From a virus (taxonomy: Duplodnaviria; Caudoviricetes): DNA of 64,000 nucleotides. The DNA lies in the IMG/VR virus record IMGVR_UViG_3300014969_000019, positions 3,145 through 67,144 of that record; one strand, written 5' to 3'. Within the stretch, counting starts at the first letter, position 1, and each line of letters opens with the position of its first letter. Positions 37,200 to 46,073 of the stretch are shown piece by piece. The notes beneath the pieces were generated by a model. That model was given only the letters and a program-made list of their open reading frames with translations, was not told the DNA's origin and did no database searches. Both the position numbers and the translations under genes were made by a program.

Positions 37200-39454
37200 T
37201 GGCTGCATCGCTGACCGCGTACCCCTCCGAGCAGGAGCCGATGGGGTTCTTCCGGGTCTTCGCCACCCCTCCGGGGAAGTACCAGCAGGAGATCACCCTG
37301 TTCCGGGGTGTGCCGACCAAGATCGGCACGGTCTCCACCCAGGACCCGTTCACCGAGGTGACCGCTCAGCTGTCCTTCCCACAGATCACGGTCTTCGACT
37401 CCCCGGGCGAGGGCGACCTGGACTGGCTGGTCCCGAACTGCGACATCGACATCGTCTGGCAGAACGTGGGCGACTACGACTTCAACTGGCGCTGGGAGGG
37501 GTACATCGCGGCGTACAGCTTCTCCCTGACCGGCCAGGACTCCTCATTCAGCATGGACCTGAAGGGAGCCTTCTACGGTCTGGACGACTACCTGGCGATC
37601 CCGTCCTTCCCGAAGCAGCCGGTCCCCTACGAGATCCTGCTGGCTCAGGCCTTCGACCAGGACGAGCACCCCTCGCACCTGGGGAAGTTCCGGATCCTGT
37701 TCCCCGAGGACTGGGACCTGACGGTGCCTCCGTTCGACGACCCGAAGTACCTGGTGGCGTTGAAGCCCTGGGGAGTGGCCACCGGACAGCGCTGGACCGG
37801 GTTCACCTCGCGGAGCACGGGGAGCTGGGAGCCGCTGCTGACCGGTCACGTCCAGTCCCTGATCACCGTGATGTTCGCCGAGGGTGGGAGCCAGTGGAGC
37901 ATCCGGAACCGAGGCCAGCGCCGGCCCGAGCTGTTCCTACGTCGGATCCCCGACAGTGCTGATGACTCGATCATCGAGATCACCCTGGGTGCTCCCGGTG
38001 TCCAGATGGACGGGTCTCGGGACTACACCCAGCGAGCCGGGGTGATCTACGGAGCGGGGCAGGACGAGGCCGGGATCGCGTTCTCCAACGTCCAGGTGAC
38101 CCCGGACGGGAAGACCACCTACTTCAAGCCCTTCGCCTACAACTCCCGGATGTACCCGAGGAAGAACAACCCCAGCTACGACCCGCGGGTGAAGCCCAAG
38201 GAGACCCTGCTGAGGTTCCAGGACGGGGTCGACGAGCTCAGCGCGCTGAAGATCGCCCAGGGTCAGTACCAGCGGTTCGCCGAGCCCGGGATCACCGGCA
38301 CGATCACCCTGACCACCGACCCCCGGCTGTCCTCGGGTCAGCTGATGCCCCGGCTGATGATCCGGGGTGGGCAGACCATCCGGATCAACGGGCTGCTCGG
38401 GGTCAAGGAGGGTGTGCTGGCCCACATCACCCAGGTGAGCGCGGACTTCGACACGCTGACCGTGCAGCTGACCTACGACACCAAGTACCGCGACCAGCTG
38501 ACGGTGGAGGAGGTGAAGGCCAGGACCCGAGACGCGCTGACCCCACTGCGAGCACTCCAGGTGGGGAAGTACTCCAACACGATCCAGGACCTGGTGCTGC
38601 CCTGGTCCTACAAGGCGGGGTCTGGGATCGTCCCGACCGGAGCGAAGGAGTTCTTCACCGAGAAGCTGCCCGGGAACGCGACCTTCCCGTTCGAGGAGTG
38701 GACTCGGAAGTGGCCACCGTCGAACCCCAAGTCCAAGCCGTACTACATCGAGATCGGCAAGACCGACACGGCCAACTCCCTGAACAACTGGAGCTCGATG
38801 AAGCGCGATGGGATCGCTCTGGCCGCGGTCCCGATCCGGATGAGCCAGGCCGGGAGCATCCGGTTGACCCAGATCGCGGCGTACGACAAGGACGGCAACG
38901 TGCTGCCGGTGAAGTTCCACGTCAGCCTGTACGACAACTCGGGTGTGGATGCGAAGGCGATGCCTCGGTTCCCGGTGATCCGGTCCGACCCGCAGTTCCC
39001 GAACTACCTGCCGGCGCGCAAGGTGAACGGCACGGTGATCCCGACCACCTACCAGACCGACCTGACCCCGGCGATGACCCATCCCTTCTACAAGGGTGGC
39101 TGGGAGCACATCCAGCCGGACGGCACGAACTTCCCGTGGGGCGGAGACGCGCAGCTGCCTGCGCAGGGGGCCGAGGTGAAGGTCGGGTGGGGCACCTACT
39201 ACGAGCCCGCCGGGTACTCCCCGGGCCGGGCCTCCAAGGGTGCTGCTCGGACCGGTCTGCTGAACGACGACACCGTCTGGGGCTGGGACCTGAGCTCGCT
39301 GCTGAACCTGGACAAGCCCAAGAACCCCAAGCTCGGGAACCAGAACGACGAGTACGCGGGCATGCTCTTCATCATGATCTACTGCGACGATCAGGATGAT
39401 CAGTCTGTGTACTTCATGGGCCGCTTCATCAGGCAGGAGCCTGGTCAGACATGA
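37199..39454 (+). CDS. Minor tail / tail tip hub protein
   Basis: 751 aa, GTG start, WEGYI motif, in tail tip cluster. Confidence 0.65.
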   Translation: MAASLTAYPSEQEPMGFFRVFATPPGKYQQEITLFRGVPTKIGTVSTQDPFTEVTAQLSFPQITVFDSPGEGDLDWLVPNCDIDIVWQNVGDYDFNWRWEGYIAAYSFSLTGQDSSFSMDLKGAFYGLDDYLAIPSFPKQPVPYEILLAQAFDQDEHPSHLGKFRILFPEDWDLTVPPFDDPKYLVALKPWGVATGQRWTGFTSRSTGSWEPLLTGHVQSLITVMFAEGGSQWSIRNRGQRRPELFLRRIPDSADDSIIEITLGAPGVQMDGSRDYTQRAGVIYGAGQDEAGIAFSNVQVTPDGKTTYFKPFAYNSRMYPRKNNPSYDPRVKPKETLLRFQDGVDELSALKIAQGQYQRFAEPGITGTITLTTDPRLSSGQLMPRLMIRGGQTIRINGLLGVKEGVLAHITQVSADFDTLTVQLTYDTKYRDQLTVEEVKARTRDALTPLRALQVGKYSNTIQDLVLPWSYKAGSGIVPTGAKEFFTEKLPGNATFPFEEWTRKWPPSNPKSKPYYIEIGKTDTANSLNNWSSMKRDGIALAAVPIRMSQAGSIRLTQIAAYDKDGNVLPVKFHVSLYDNSGVDAKAMPRFPVIRSDPQFPNYLPARKVNGTVIPTTYQTDLTPAMTHPFYKGGWEHIQPDGTNFPWGGDAQLPAQGAEVKVGWGTYYEPAGYSPGRASKGAARTGLLNDDTVWGWDLSSLLNLDKPKNPKLGNQNDEYAGMLFIMIYCDDQDDQSVYFMGRFIRQEPGQT

Positions 39455-39816
39455 GCGATGGCAGCATCACCGACGAGCAGGCCCACCTGTGGCTGCAGGA
39501 CATCGCGAACGCGGGGTTCATCTCCCTGCACTACGACAGCCCGGCTCTGGGTGGTGCGGACCGAGCGGAGATCGCGGGGAGTGGCTACCAGCGGGTGAAG
39601 ATGGCCTTCTCCCAGCCCAACAACAGGGCGATCTGGTCTCTGGCCGACGCCAGGTTCACCGGCCTGCAGCAGACCAAGCTGGTCTACTTCGGGATCTGGG
39701 ACCAGCTGAACTTGGGGATGCTCCGCTCCTACGGTGAGCTGCCGACGCCGGCGGTGGTGCTGAACGGGAAGGGCTACGTTCTGCACGCCGGTCTGATCGT
39801 GGTCTCCTTCGGGTAA
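39451..39816 (+). CDS. Minor tail protein
   Basis: ISLHYDSP...AEIAGSGYQRV...YFGIWD...G.ML pattern; last rightward structural gene. Confidence 0.7.
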   Translation: MSDGSITDEQAHLWLQDIANAGFISLHYDSPALGGADRAEIAGSGYQRVKMAFSQPNNRAIWSLADARFTGLQQTKLVYFGIWDQLNLGMLRSYGELPTPAVVLNGKGYVLHAGLIVVSFG

Positions 39817-39827
39817 AAGGTCCAGAA

Positions 39828-39890
39828 ATGCAAAAAGGGCCGTAGGGGCCCCACCCCCACCCGTAGGTGGAGATGGGGCCCGCATGGCCA
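39828..39890 (-). terminator. Intrinsic terminator of the leftward arm
   Basis: GC stem gggcccca...tggggccc, followed on the minus strand by TTTTTGCAT. Confidence 0.65.
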
Positions 39891-40006
39891 TGGGACTCGT
39901 CGTGCGTCGACTATCCCTTTTCCCCGCAACGCCCGACTTGGACGCACTCCGCCAGCGCTTGTTGGGGTGGTTCTTGCTGCCGGAACTTCTTGGGTAGGTC
40001 TGTGAA

Positions 40007-40488
40007 CAGACCCGGCTCCCGTCACATCCGTGTACCGGGAGCCGGGTCTGGTTGATCTCCTCTCGGCACGAGAGGACTCCCCGCAGAAGGGAAGATGTGG
40101 AAAGACCCCCGTCCCTAGCACCCGGCAGCGCTGAGGGACGGGGGCCCACCTGGAACTCCTTCTCCACCACTTGGGAGATTCGGGAGAAGGAGCTTGGAAC
40201 CTCGTCCACACCGGGGAGGTTGATGGAGCGAGGTTCCTACCCGAGTGACCCCTGCCTCAACTGAAGGAGAGCGAGACAGGGGTTACCCGATTCGGTCTGC
40301 CCCTCACCGGGGAGGGAGATGCAGACCATCCCGAGTGGCCCTCCGCTCCGGCTAGGGACCGGAGTGGGGCCTTCTCGGACCTCCTTCTGTGGAGAAGATC
40401 CAAGCCTTGAAGGGAACCCCCGTCTCCATGGGACGCCTCCTGTAGGAGACGGGGGTCCTCCCTTGAACCCACCGTCAGAACGGTGGGT
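40007..40488. ncRNA. Candidate structured ncRNA: array of 11 tandem hairpins
   Basis: Stems of 6-15 bp packed back-to-back in a region without a credible ORF; see findings. Confidence 0.55.
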
Positions 40489-40489
40489 C

Positions 40490-40858
40490 TCAGACACCCG
40501 GCTGCTTCCCCTGGTCAGCTAGGTGCCGAGCTACATCCTCCGCGCGATGGGTCTCGCAGAGAGTCTTCAGCCAGTGGTATGTGGCCTTGGTCTCGCCAGG
40601 CTCACCACAGACCTCACAGACGTGGAGCGACTTCTCCTCGGCCACGCCGATCGCGTGGTGGAAGGCGGTACCGAAGTCGGTCCGGGTCTGGGCGTAGTAC
40701 CGCAGCCCACCGAACTTCTCCTTGACCTGCTGGAGCTCGAAGTCCGGGTCGAGCTTGTTCAGCTCAGTCTCCAGGTCGCGGACCAGAGGATGCCAGCCCT
40801 CGCCGATGTTGTTGGCGGAGGTCATCACGTTGCGTGGTTCGTCGAAGATGCTGGTCAT
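40490..40858 (-). CDS. Conserved phage hypothetical protein (QVKEKFGGLRYY family)
   Basis: GWHPLVRDL...QVKEKFGGLRYY...CEVCGEPG...WLKTLC; RBS ggag. Confidence 0.8.
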   Translation of the reverse strand: MTSIFDEPRNVMTSANNIGEGWHPLVRDLETELNKLDPDFELQQVKEKFGGLRYYAQTRTDFGTAFHHAIGVAEEKSLHVCEVCGEPGETKATYHWLKTLCETHRAEDVARHLADQGKQPGV

Positions 40859-40859
40859 G

Positions 40860-41210
40860 TCACTCCTGTTCTGGGCGGTCGAGCTGTCGCTGGACCGCAT
40901 CGGAGTAGAGAGCGAAGTGTTCTGCTAGCACCCAGCCCACCAACGGCCCACCCCAGTAGTGGGCGTCGTCGTAGGGCAGGAGGCGAGTCTGGCCATCGGT
41001 GTTCACCGTCAGGCACAGATCGTCGTTGACGTAGAGCCCGCAGTGTCCCCAGGGCTCGGCGGCGTAGAAGCACACCGATCCGAACGCCGGCTTCGCGTCC
41101 GTGATCAGTGGCAGCGCTCGTGCTGCCTGCTTCGCGGTGCCCCACTTGGCCGGGCACCGGAGGAGCCGGCGAACGAAGGCCAGGCTCCGACCGGAGTAGT
41201 CCTCGCTCAC
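40860..41210 (-). CDS. NlpC/P60-CHAP-like protein with Ser at the catalytic Cys position
   Basis: GRSLAFVR...PAFGSVCFY...WGHCGLY...WGGPLVGW aligns by eye with the endolysin; GTG start overlaps the upstream stop. Confidence 0.6.
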   Translation of the reverse strand: MSEDYSGRSLAFVRRLLRCPAKWGTAKQAARALPLITDAKPAFGSVCFYAAEPWGHCGLYVNDDLCLTVNTDGQTRLLPYDDAHYWGGPLVGWVLAEHFALYSDAVQRQLDRPEQE

Positions 41211-41389
41211 ATGTCCTCCGAGGCCTGCGCGTAGTAGTCCCGCAGCGCGGTCCGCAGCCCAGAGAGCCTGTCCCCGATCACCGTGTCGAGACAGCCGGCG
41301 CAGGACTGCGCGCCGTTGACGCTGACGATGGAGGGCTTCCCACAGCCACATTTCGGTGTCTCGGCTTCGCTAGTCGTGGTCATCGGCAT
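41207..41389 (-). CDS. Small Cys-rich hypothetical protein
   Basis: CGCG...CAGC; overlaps neighbours. Confidence 0.55.
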   Translation of the reverse strand: MPMTTTSEAETPKCGCGKPSIVSVNGAQSCAGCLDTVIGDRLSGLRTALRDYYAQASEDM

Positions 41390-41663
41390 GCTTCTTCTGG
41401 TAGGCGTCGAACCTCATCCCGATCACGAACCCCATGGCGTAGCACTGGATCAGTTCCTCCAGAGCCGTGCCCGAGCGGGGGCCGAAGATGTTGACGATGG
41501 CTTCGGTCGCGTGCGGGATCATCTTGTTGAGCGGGATACCGGTGACCTCGTCGAAGGTCGGGTTGTCCGAGATCTCGTCCTCCAGGCCCTCCAGGACCTT
41601 GTCGAGCGTGTTCTCCAGAGCGACGTCTGGCCTCTCACCCCAGTTGGGCATATATCTATTCAC
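41370..41663 (-). CDS. Hypothetical protein
   Basis: ORF downstream of a hairpin with RBS ggaag; start may be MPNW at 41651. Confidence 0.6.
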   Translation of the reverse strand: MNRYMPNWGERPDVALENTLDKVLEGLEDEISDNPTFDEVTGIPLNKMIPHATEAIVNIFGPRSGTALEELIQCYAMGFVIGMRFDAYQKKHADDHD

Positions 41664-41733
41664 TTCCTATCTATGGGTAGACCCCACCGAGAGAGCGACA
41701 CAGGGCTGTTTTTCTCTCTCGGTGGGGGGTCGG

Positions 41734-42501
41734 TTACACCTGGGTGACGTCCCAGGTGCCGTCGTTACCGAGGCGTTCAGTGAGCAACTCCGCGCGCGCC
41801 GTTCCCTCTCCTGCGCCGACCAACGCGGACTGGATGAGCTTCCGCTCGTTCAGCGCGGTGAGCGTGGCCATATCGGTGTGGAACAGCCGATATTCCGGGT
41901 CGGTCACCAACTCGCTCAGCATCGCCGTGATCGGGTTGCGATCGGTGTCCTCGGCGATCCGCTCCTCGATGGTCGACTGAGCCATCGCTCGTTGGAGGTA
42001 GTCGAACATCGCCCCCGAGGCCTCCCCTTCCTCATCACTGGAAGAGATGGTCATCTGCTGCTCGGTCCACTCGACCTTGTCGCCCACGATCCGGTAGCCG
42101 TTCGAGGAGAGGATGTAGGCCCCTCCTCGCTCGTGCGCGGTGGTGGTGATGCACTCATCGACCCAGTGCTCTACCGCGTTGCGTGGCTCGGTCTCGAAGA
42201 CGAACTGCATCTCCTGAGGCCGCCAGTCCTTCCCAGAAAGCGGGGAGGTCCGGGTGTTGCTGTGGTACGACTCGAACGTGATCGCCATCGAGTCCGCGGC
42301 GAAGCCCATCGCCCCGATCTCACCGGCCTGAATCGCCTTGTCCCGGTCCACCTCGCACTGCAAGGTGATGACCAGATCATCACCACGCCAGAAGTGCAGG
42401 TAGATCGCGATGTCGACGTTGTCGGGCTTGGTGGCGACCCAGTCCTCCTTGGTCTTCTTCATCACCTCAGTGATCTGATCTGTCTTCTCCCGTAGGTCCA
42501 A
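41734..42501 (-). CDS. Hypothetical protein
   Basis: Probable TTG start (MDLREKT) after RBS gaggaggg; acidic 255 aa. Confidence 0.65.
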   Translation of the reverse strand: MDLREKTDQITEVMKKTKEDWVATKPDNVDIAIYLHFWRGDDLVITLQCEVDRDKAIQAGEIGAMGFAADSMAITFESYHSNTRTSPLSGKDWRPQEMQFVFETEPRNAVEHWVDECITTTAHERGGAYILSSNGYRIVGDKVEWTEQQMTISSSDEEGEASGAMFDYLQRAMAQSTIEERIAEDTDRNPITAMLSELVTDPEYRLFHTDMATLTALNERKLIQSALVGAGEGTARAELLTERLGNDGTWDVTQV

Positions 42502-43147
42502 CAGGACCCTCCTCAGTCGCGATCTCGATGCCGTCCAGCACATCGCGCTCGCGCCACGTTGTTCCGAGTTTGGTGCCGGCGAGATAGCACGCGCAGACGC
42601 TCGCCATCCCACCCATGACCCAGATGTCCCAGACCTTGGTCGGCTCCACCTGCGTGTGCGCGAAACCAGTGACGTGCGCCAGATGGTTGATCCCGCCCCT
42701 CAGGTATTCGGCGAACCAGTTGCACACCGCGTCGTCGTCGGCGAACCCACTGCCGAGCTCCTTCGACGCTGCCAGGAACTCGTCCTCGCCCCACAGCTCG
42801 TCGGCCTGCTCGAAGTAGATCCGCTGCCGCACCAGATGGTTGGTCTGATGCCCTACCAGCACCCCGTCCGAGAAGGCTCGGAACATGGTGGCCAGCGTGG
42901 GCGTGAGCATCACCTGCGCGGTCTGGGTCAGTAGAGCGTCCGCGTCATCGGTCAGCGTGGCTCCCGCGAAGTACCGGTAGCCACGTCGGTTGATGATCAA
43001 GATCCGAGTCTCGAAGTAGCTCTTCATCGCGTGGAAGCCGGGAGTCTCGACGACATCCGAAGCGGACATCACGGTGACCGGGCTCCCCTTCTCGACGCCC
43101 TTGGGTGTCTCGAAGCTGGTTCTGACCTGGTCGATCAGGTCGCTCAT
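42467..43147 (-). CDS. Hypothetical protein
   Basis: 226-aa ORF with RBS aaaggag. Confidence 0.7.
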   Translation of the reverse strand: MSDLIDQVRTSFETPKGVEKGSPVTVMSASDVVETPGFHAMKSYFETRILIINRRGYRYFAGATLTDDADALLTQTAQVMLTPTLATMFRAFSDGVLVGHQTNHLVRQRIYFEQADELWGEDEFLAASKELGSGFADDDAVCNWFAEYLRGGINHLAHVTGFAHTQVEPTKVWDIWVMGGMASVCACYLAGTKLGTTWRERDVLDGIEIATEEGPVGPTGEDRSDH

Positions 43148-43434
43148 GGTGCTCCTTTCTGAGCCGCCAGAACCAGGAAGCGGATGAACTCGCTGGTCAG
43201 CTCTGGAGTCATGTCGATGGAGAGCGTCGCGGGCTCAGGCTGCAGGTCGGACTGGTAGGTCCGCCCAGCCACGAAGCAGAGCATGGCGACGTTCACATGG
43301 TCGTCTGTCATCGCGATCTCGTTGGTCTCATAGATCCGCTTGATCACGTCCTTCAGCTCGTCCTCGGTCTCGTCAGCGACGTTGGTGCCGAGGCCGTTGA
43401 TCGCGTCCTCGGTGAAGGCATCTTCTACATCCAT
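43144..43434 (-). CDS. Hypothetical protein
   Basis: MDVEDAFT...; RBS gagagg; overlaps the next start. Confidence 0.65.
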   Translation of the reverse strand: MDVEDAFTEDAINGLGTNVADETEDELKDVIKRIYETNEIAMTDDHVNVAMLCFVAGRTYQSDLQPEPATLSIDMTPELTSEFIRFLVLAAQKGAP

Positions 43435-43519
43435 CTCGTTCCTCTCATGTCCGGGCCCCGAAGGGGCGGGCGAAGGGAAGCCAACTCCCGCCCCTCCGAG
43501 GCGTCTAGAGGGGACTAGA

Positions 43520-45013
43520 TCAGTCCCGGACCAGGATGTCGCCGGTGTCCTCCACGTCCACGAAGTGGGACTGGAGTTCCTGAGCGACCACCGTGCGCAG
43601 TGCAGTCTCCAGCTCGGGCTTCGTGGGCCGGTCCTCGGCATCCGTGTGCAGCTGCCAGGCTGCACGCAGAGCGTGGGCACAGCGCACGAAGTCGTCGGTC
43701 GCCAGAGGCTGGCCGAGCTCCTTCGTCCGGATCACCGACTGCTTGGAGACGCCCTTCAGCGCCTGCACGATCCACGACGGGGCGAACCCCTCGTAGGCCG
43801 CGTGCAGGGCCTCGTAGTCGAGCTCCTCGCGCTGACCTGCCGGGATGAGCACGTTGATCAAGCGCTCCACCCCGTCCTTGTCCAGATCGCTGACGTAGAT
43901 CATCCGGTTGATCCGGCCGGCCCGCGTCATCGCCTTGGGCAGCTCCCCGACGTGGTTCGACGTCAGCAGCAGCAGGACCTCACGGCCCTTGGTCCGCATG
44001 CCGTCGAACTGCTCCAGGAGCTGGTCCATCTTCTGTGGGGTGTTGCCGATCAGCTTCTCCACGTCCTCGATCACGATGACCGTCGGCGTGCCGAGGAGCT
44101 CTGCGAAGCGCATCACATGCTTCAGATCCTCGTCCCACCGAGCCTGGATGAACGACCAGTCGGACTCCAGGCAGATCTGCGCGGTGATCGAGGCGGCCAG
44201 CGTCTTGCCGGTGCCGTTCTCACCCCACAGGAGCACCTTGTTCCCCAGGTCGTCGCCGTTCTCCCGGAGGAGGTCAGCGGTCTCGACCACGCCCCAGATC
44301 TCGTCCACGAGAGCCTCGTAGACGTCCTTGGCGTAGACCACCTGCTCGCGGTCGATGGTGTACGGGTTGAAGAACTCCGGCTCCTTGTACTGCCCGGAGA
44401 CGATCCGACCGACACCGATCAGGGCCTTGTTCCGGTAGATGGAGTGCTCCCGGATGTAGGCCTCGACCAGCATGAGCAGGCCGCGGATCTCCACCTCGTA
44501 CTTCTTCTTGGCCATCACGTAGACCTGGAAGGCCATGCCGTAGTCGTCGTCCGCGCGCTCCTGGAGGTAGAACTGAGCGCCGAGCGGCGGGAACTCCAGG
44601 AGCCCGAACGGGACCTGGACCTCCTCGGTAGGGCTGACCTTGACGGTCCTGAGCTCGGGGAGCTGGTTGCCGAAGAAGCTCCGGATCTCCTTGCCCAGTG
44701 CGGTCATGCCGTAGACGTCCTTCAGGACCTTGTTGAAGGCGAAGGCACCGTCCATGGGACGGCAGTCGAACGGCTTGGTGTACTCATGCATGGCCTCCTC
44801 TGCCTCGGCCTGAGCCAGCAGCATGTTGGCTGCCTTCTTCAGTCCGAGCTTCGAGGGGACCTGCGGGAGTGCGATCCTGATTCCGCCGTCTTCGCGGTAT
44901 TCGAATGCGCTCTCCACCGTGATCCGGCCGCCGGCGACGTCCTTCAGGAAGTCGTTGGCCTTCTTCACGTCCTTGCGTGCTGCCTTGTCGCTCCACATGC
45001 TCTCTTCGGACAT
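43520..45013 (-). CDS. AAA+ ATPase (classical AAA clade) with N-terminal domain
   Basis: Walker A GENGTGKT, Walker B VIVIED, sensor TSN, second region of homology AMTRAGRINR. Confidence 0.9.
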   Translation of the reverse strand: MSEESMWSDKAARKDVKKANDFLKDVAGGRITVESAFEYREDGGIRIALPQVPSKLGLKKAANMLLAQAEAEEAMHEYTKPFDCRPMDGAFAFNKVLKDVYGMTALGKEIRSFFGNQLPELRTVKVSPTEEVQVPFGLLEFPPLGAQFYLQERADDDYGMAFQVYVMAKKKYEVEIRGLLMLVEAYIREHSIYRNKALIGVGRIVSGQYKEPEFFNPYTIDREQVVYAKDVYEALVDEIWGVVETADLLRENGDDLGNKVLLWGENGTGKTLAASITAQICLESDWSFIQARWDEDLKHVMRFAELLGTPTVIVIEDVEKLIGNTPQKMDQLLEQFDGMRTKGREVLLLLTSNHVGELPKAMTRAGRINRMIYVSDLDKDGVERLINVLIPAGQREELDYEALHAAYEGFAPSWIVQALKGVSKQSVIRTKELGQPLATDDFVRCAHALRAAWQLHTDAEDRPTKPELETALRTVVAQELQSHFVDVEDTGDILVRD

Positions 45014-45059
45014 ACGTGTATAGCTCCTTCAGGGTGTAGGTGTCCGTTGATTAGCAGGA

Positions 45060-45329
45060 CTACTCGATGTGGCCGAGCTCGTCCCTTGATGCGTTGAGGT
45101 CAACACGGCACTGCTCATACCTGGCGTCGTGGTGATGCGTGTGCTGATGGCGAGAGCCTTCGTCGAAGATGACCCTCTTGATCTTGTGGTCCTCTTCGAG
45201 ACCCTCAACTCCGCCGGTACGGATGTAGGTACCGGTCCTGTTGGTGATGCGGGTCAGGAGAGCGGAGGTCAGCGGCTTGTCTGCTTCATAGAGCAGGTCC
45301 ACTGAGACTCGCGCCCGATAGATGGTCAT
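45060..45329 (-). CDS. Hypothetical protein
   Basis: RBS gaaggg; 89 aa. Confidence 0.6.
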   Translation of the reverse strand: MTIYRARVSVDLLYEADKPLTSALLTRITNRTGTYIRTGGVEGLEEDHKIKRVIFDEGSRHQHTHHHDARYEQCRVDLNASRDELGHIE

Positions 45330-45359
45330 GCGTATCCCTTCTGATGATCTGAGTTGGGA

Positions 45360-45758
45360 TCACTTCTCGGGTATCTCCTTGTCGCCTCCCTTCGCGTAGC
45401 GCTTCTCGATCCACTGGTCGATGTTCTTCTCCGGAACCCCGAACCAGTTGGACTTGTCCTCCATCCGGGTGAGCAGCACATGGGTAGTGCGCTCTCCTTC
45501 GTGAAAGAACTCGGCGAGACTGATCTGGAATAAGTCCTCCATCGCCAGGGCACGCAGATAGACCACTGCACTCAGCTGACCAGAGCTGAGCAGGGCCTTG
45601 CGCGCGGTGAGGAGCGCGGGGTCGCCCTTGGCAAACACCTCACGCACCTCACCGCGTGGGCCGAGGAGCATCGCTCTCTCGTCCCTCACAGACCACTGGC
45701 CCCAGGCGAGGTCTCGGACCACGCGAGCCAGCTTGCGATCCGTAGGCGCATCCGTCAT
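45360..45758 (-). CDS. Hypothetical protein
   Basis: ATGA overlap with the upstream gene. Confidence 0.6.
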   Translation of the reverse strand: MTDAPTDRKLARVVRDLAWGQWSVRDERAMLLGPRGEVREVFAKGDPALLTARKALLSSGQLSAVVYLRALAMEDLFQISLAEFFHEGERTTHVLLTRMEDKSNWFGVPEKNIDQWIEKRYAKGGDKEIPEK

Positions 45759-46015
45759 GCGGGCTGCGCCTCTGATGGCTCGATCGGACCGAAGTGGTAG
45801 TCCATCAGTCGCTTCATCTCCTTGCTGGGGTTGCCGAACGTGACGGTCCGCACCACCTCGCCGGCCTCGTCACGAATGGCGAGAGAGACGTTGGCGTTGC
45901 GGAGCCCGGGAAACGCTGTGGTCAGCGCCTGCATCAGGTAGATCTCGGTCCGGTCGACGTTGTTGTCCTGCGACTCGAACACGATGTCTACCGAGATCAC
46001 TCTCTGCTTGGTCAT
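45755..46015 (-). CDS. Hypothetical protein
   Basis: MTKQRVISVD; RBS ggagg. Confidence 0.6.
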   Translation of the reverse strand: MTKQRVISVDIVFESQDNNVDRTEIYLMQALTTAFPGLRNANVSLAIRDEAGEVVRTVTFGNPSKEMKRLMDYHFGPIEPSEAQPA

Positions 46016-46073
46016 CAGTCCTCCTTCGGACATGGAGGAAGGGGCAGAGGATCTCTCCCCTGCCCCTCCTCAA

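Noticed and set aside
40007-40488. Hairpin array as a CRISPR array
   Set aside because: No constant direct repeat with unique equal-length spacers, the stems differ in sequence, and no cas genes are present.
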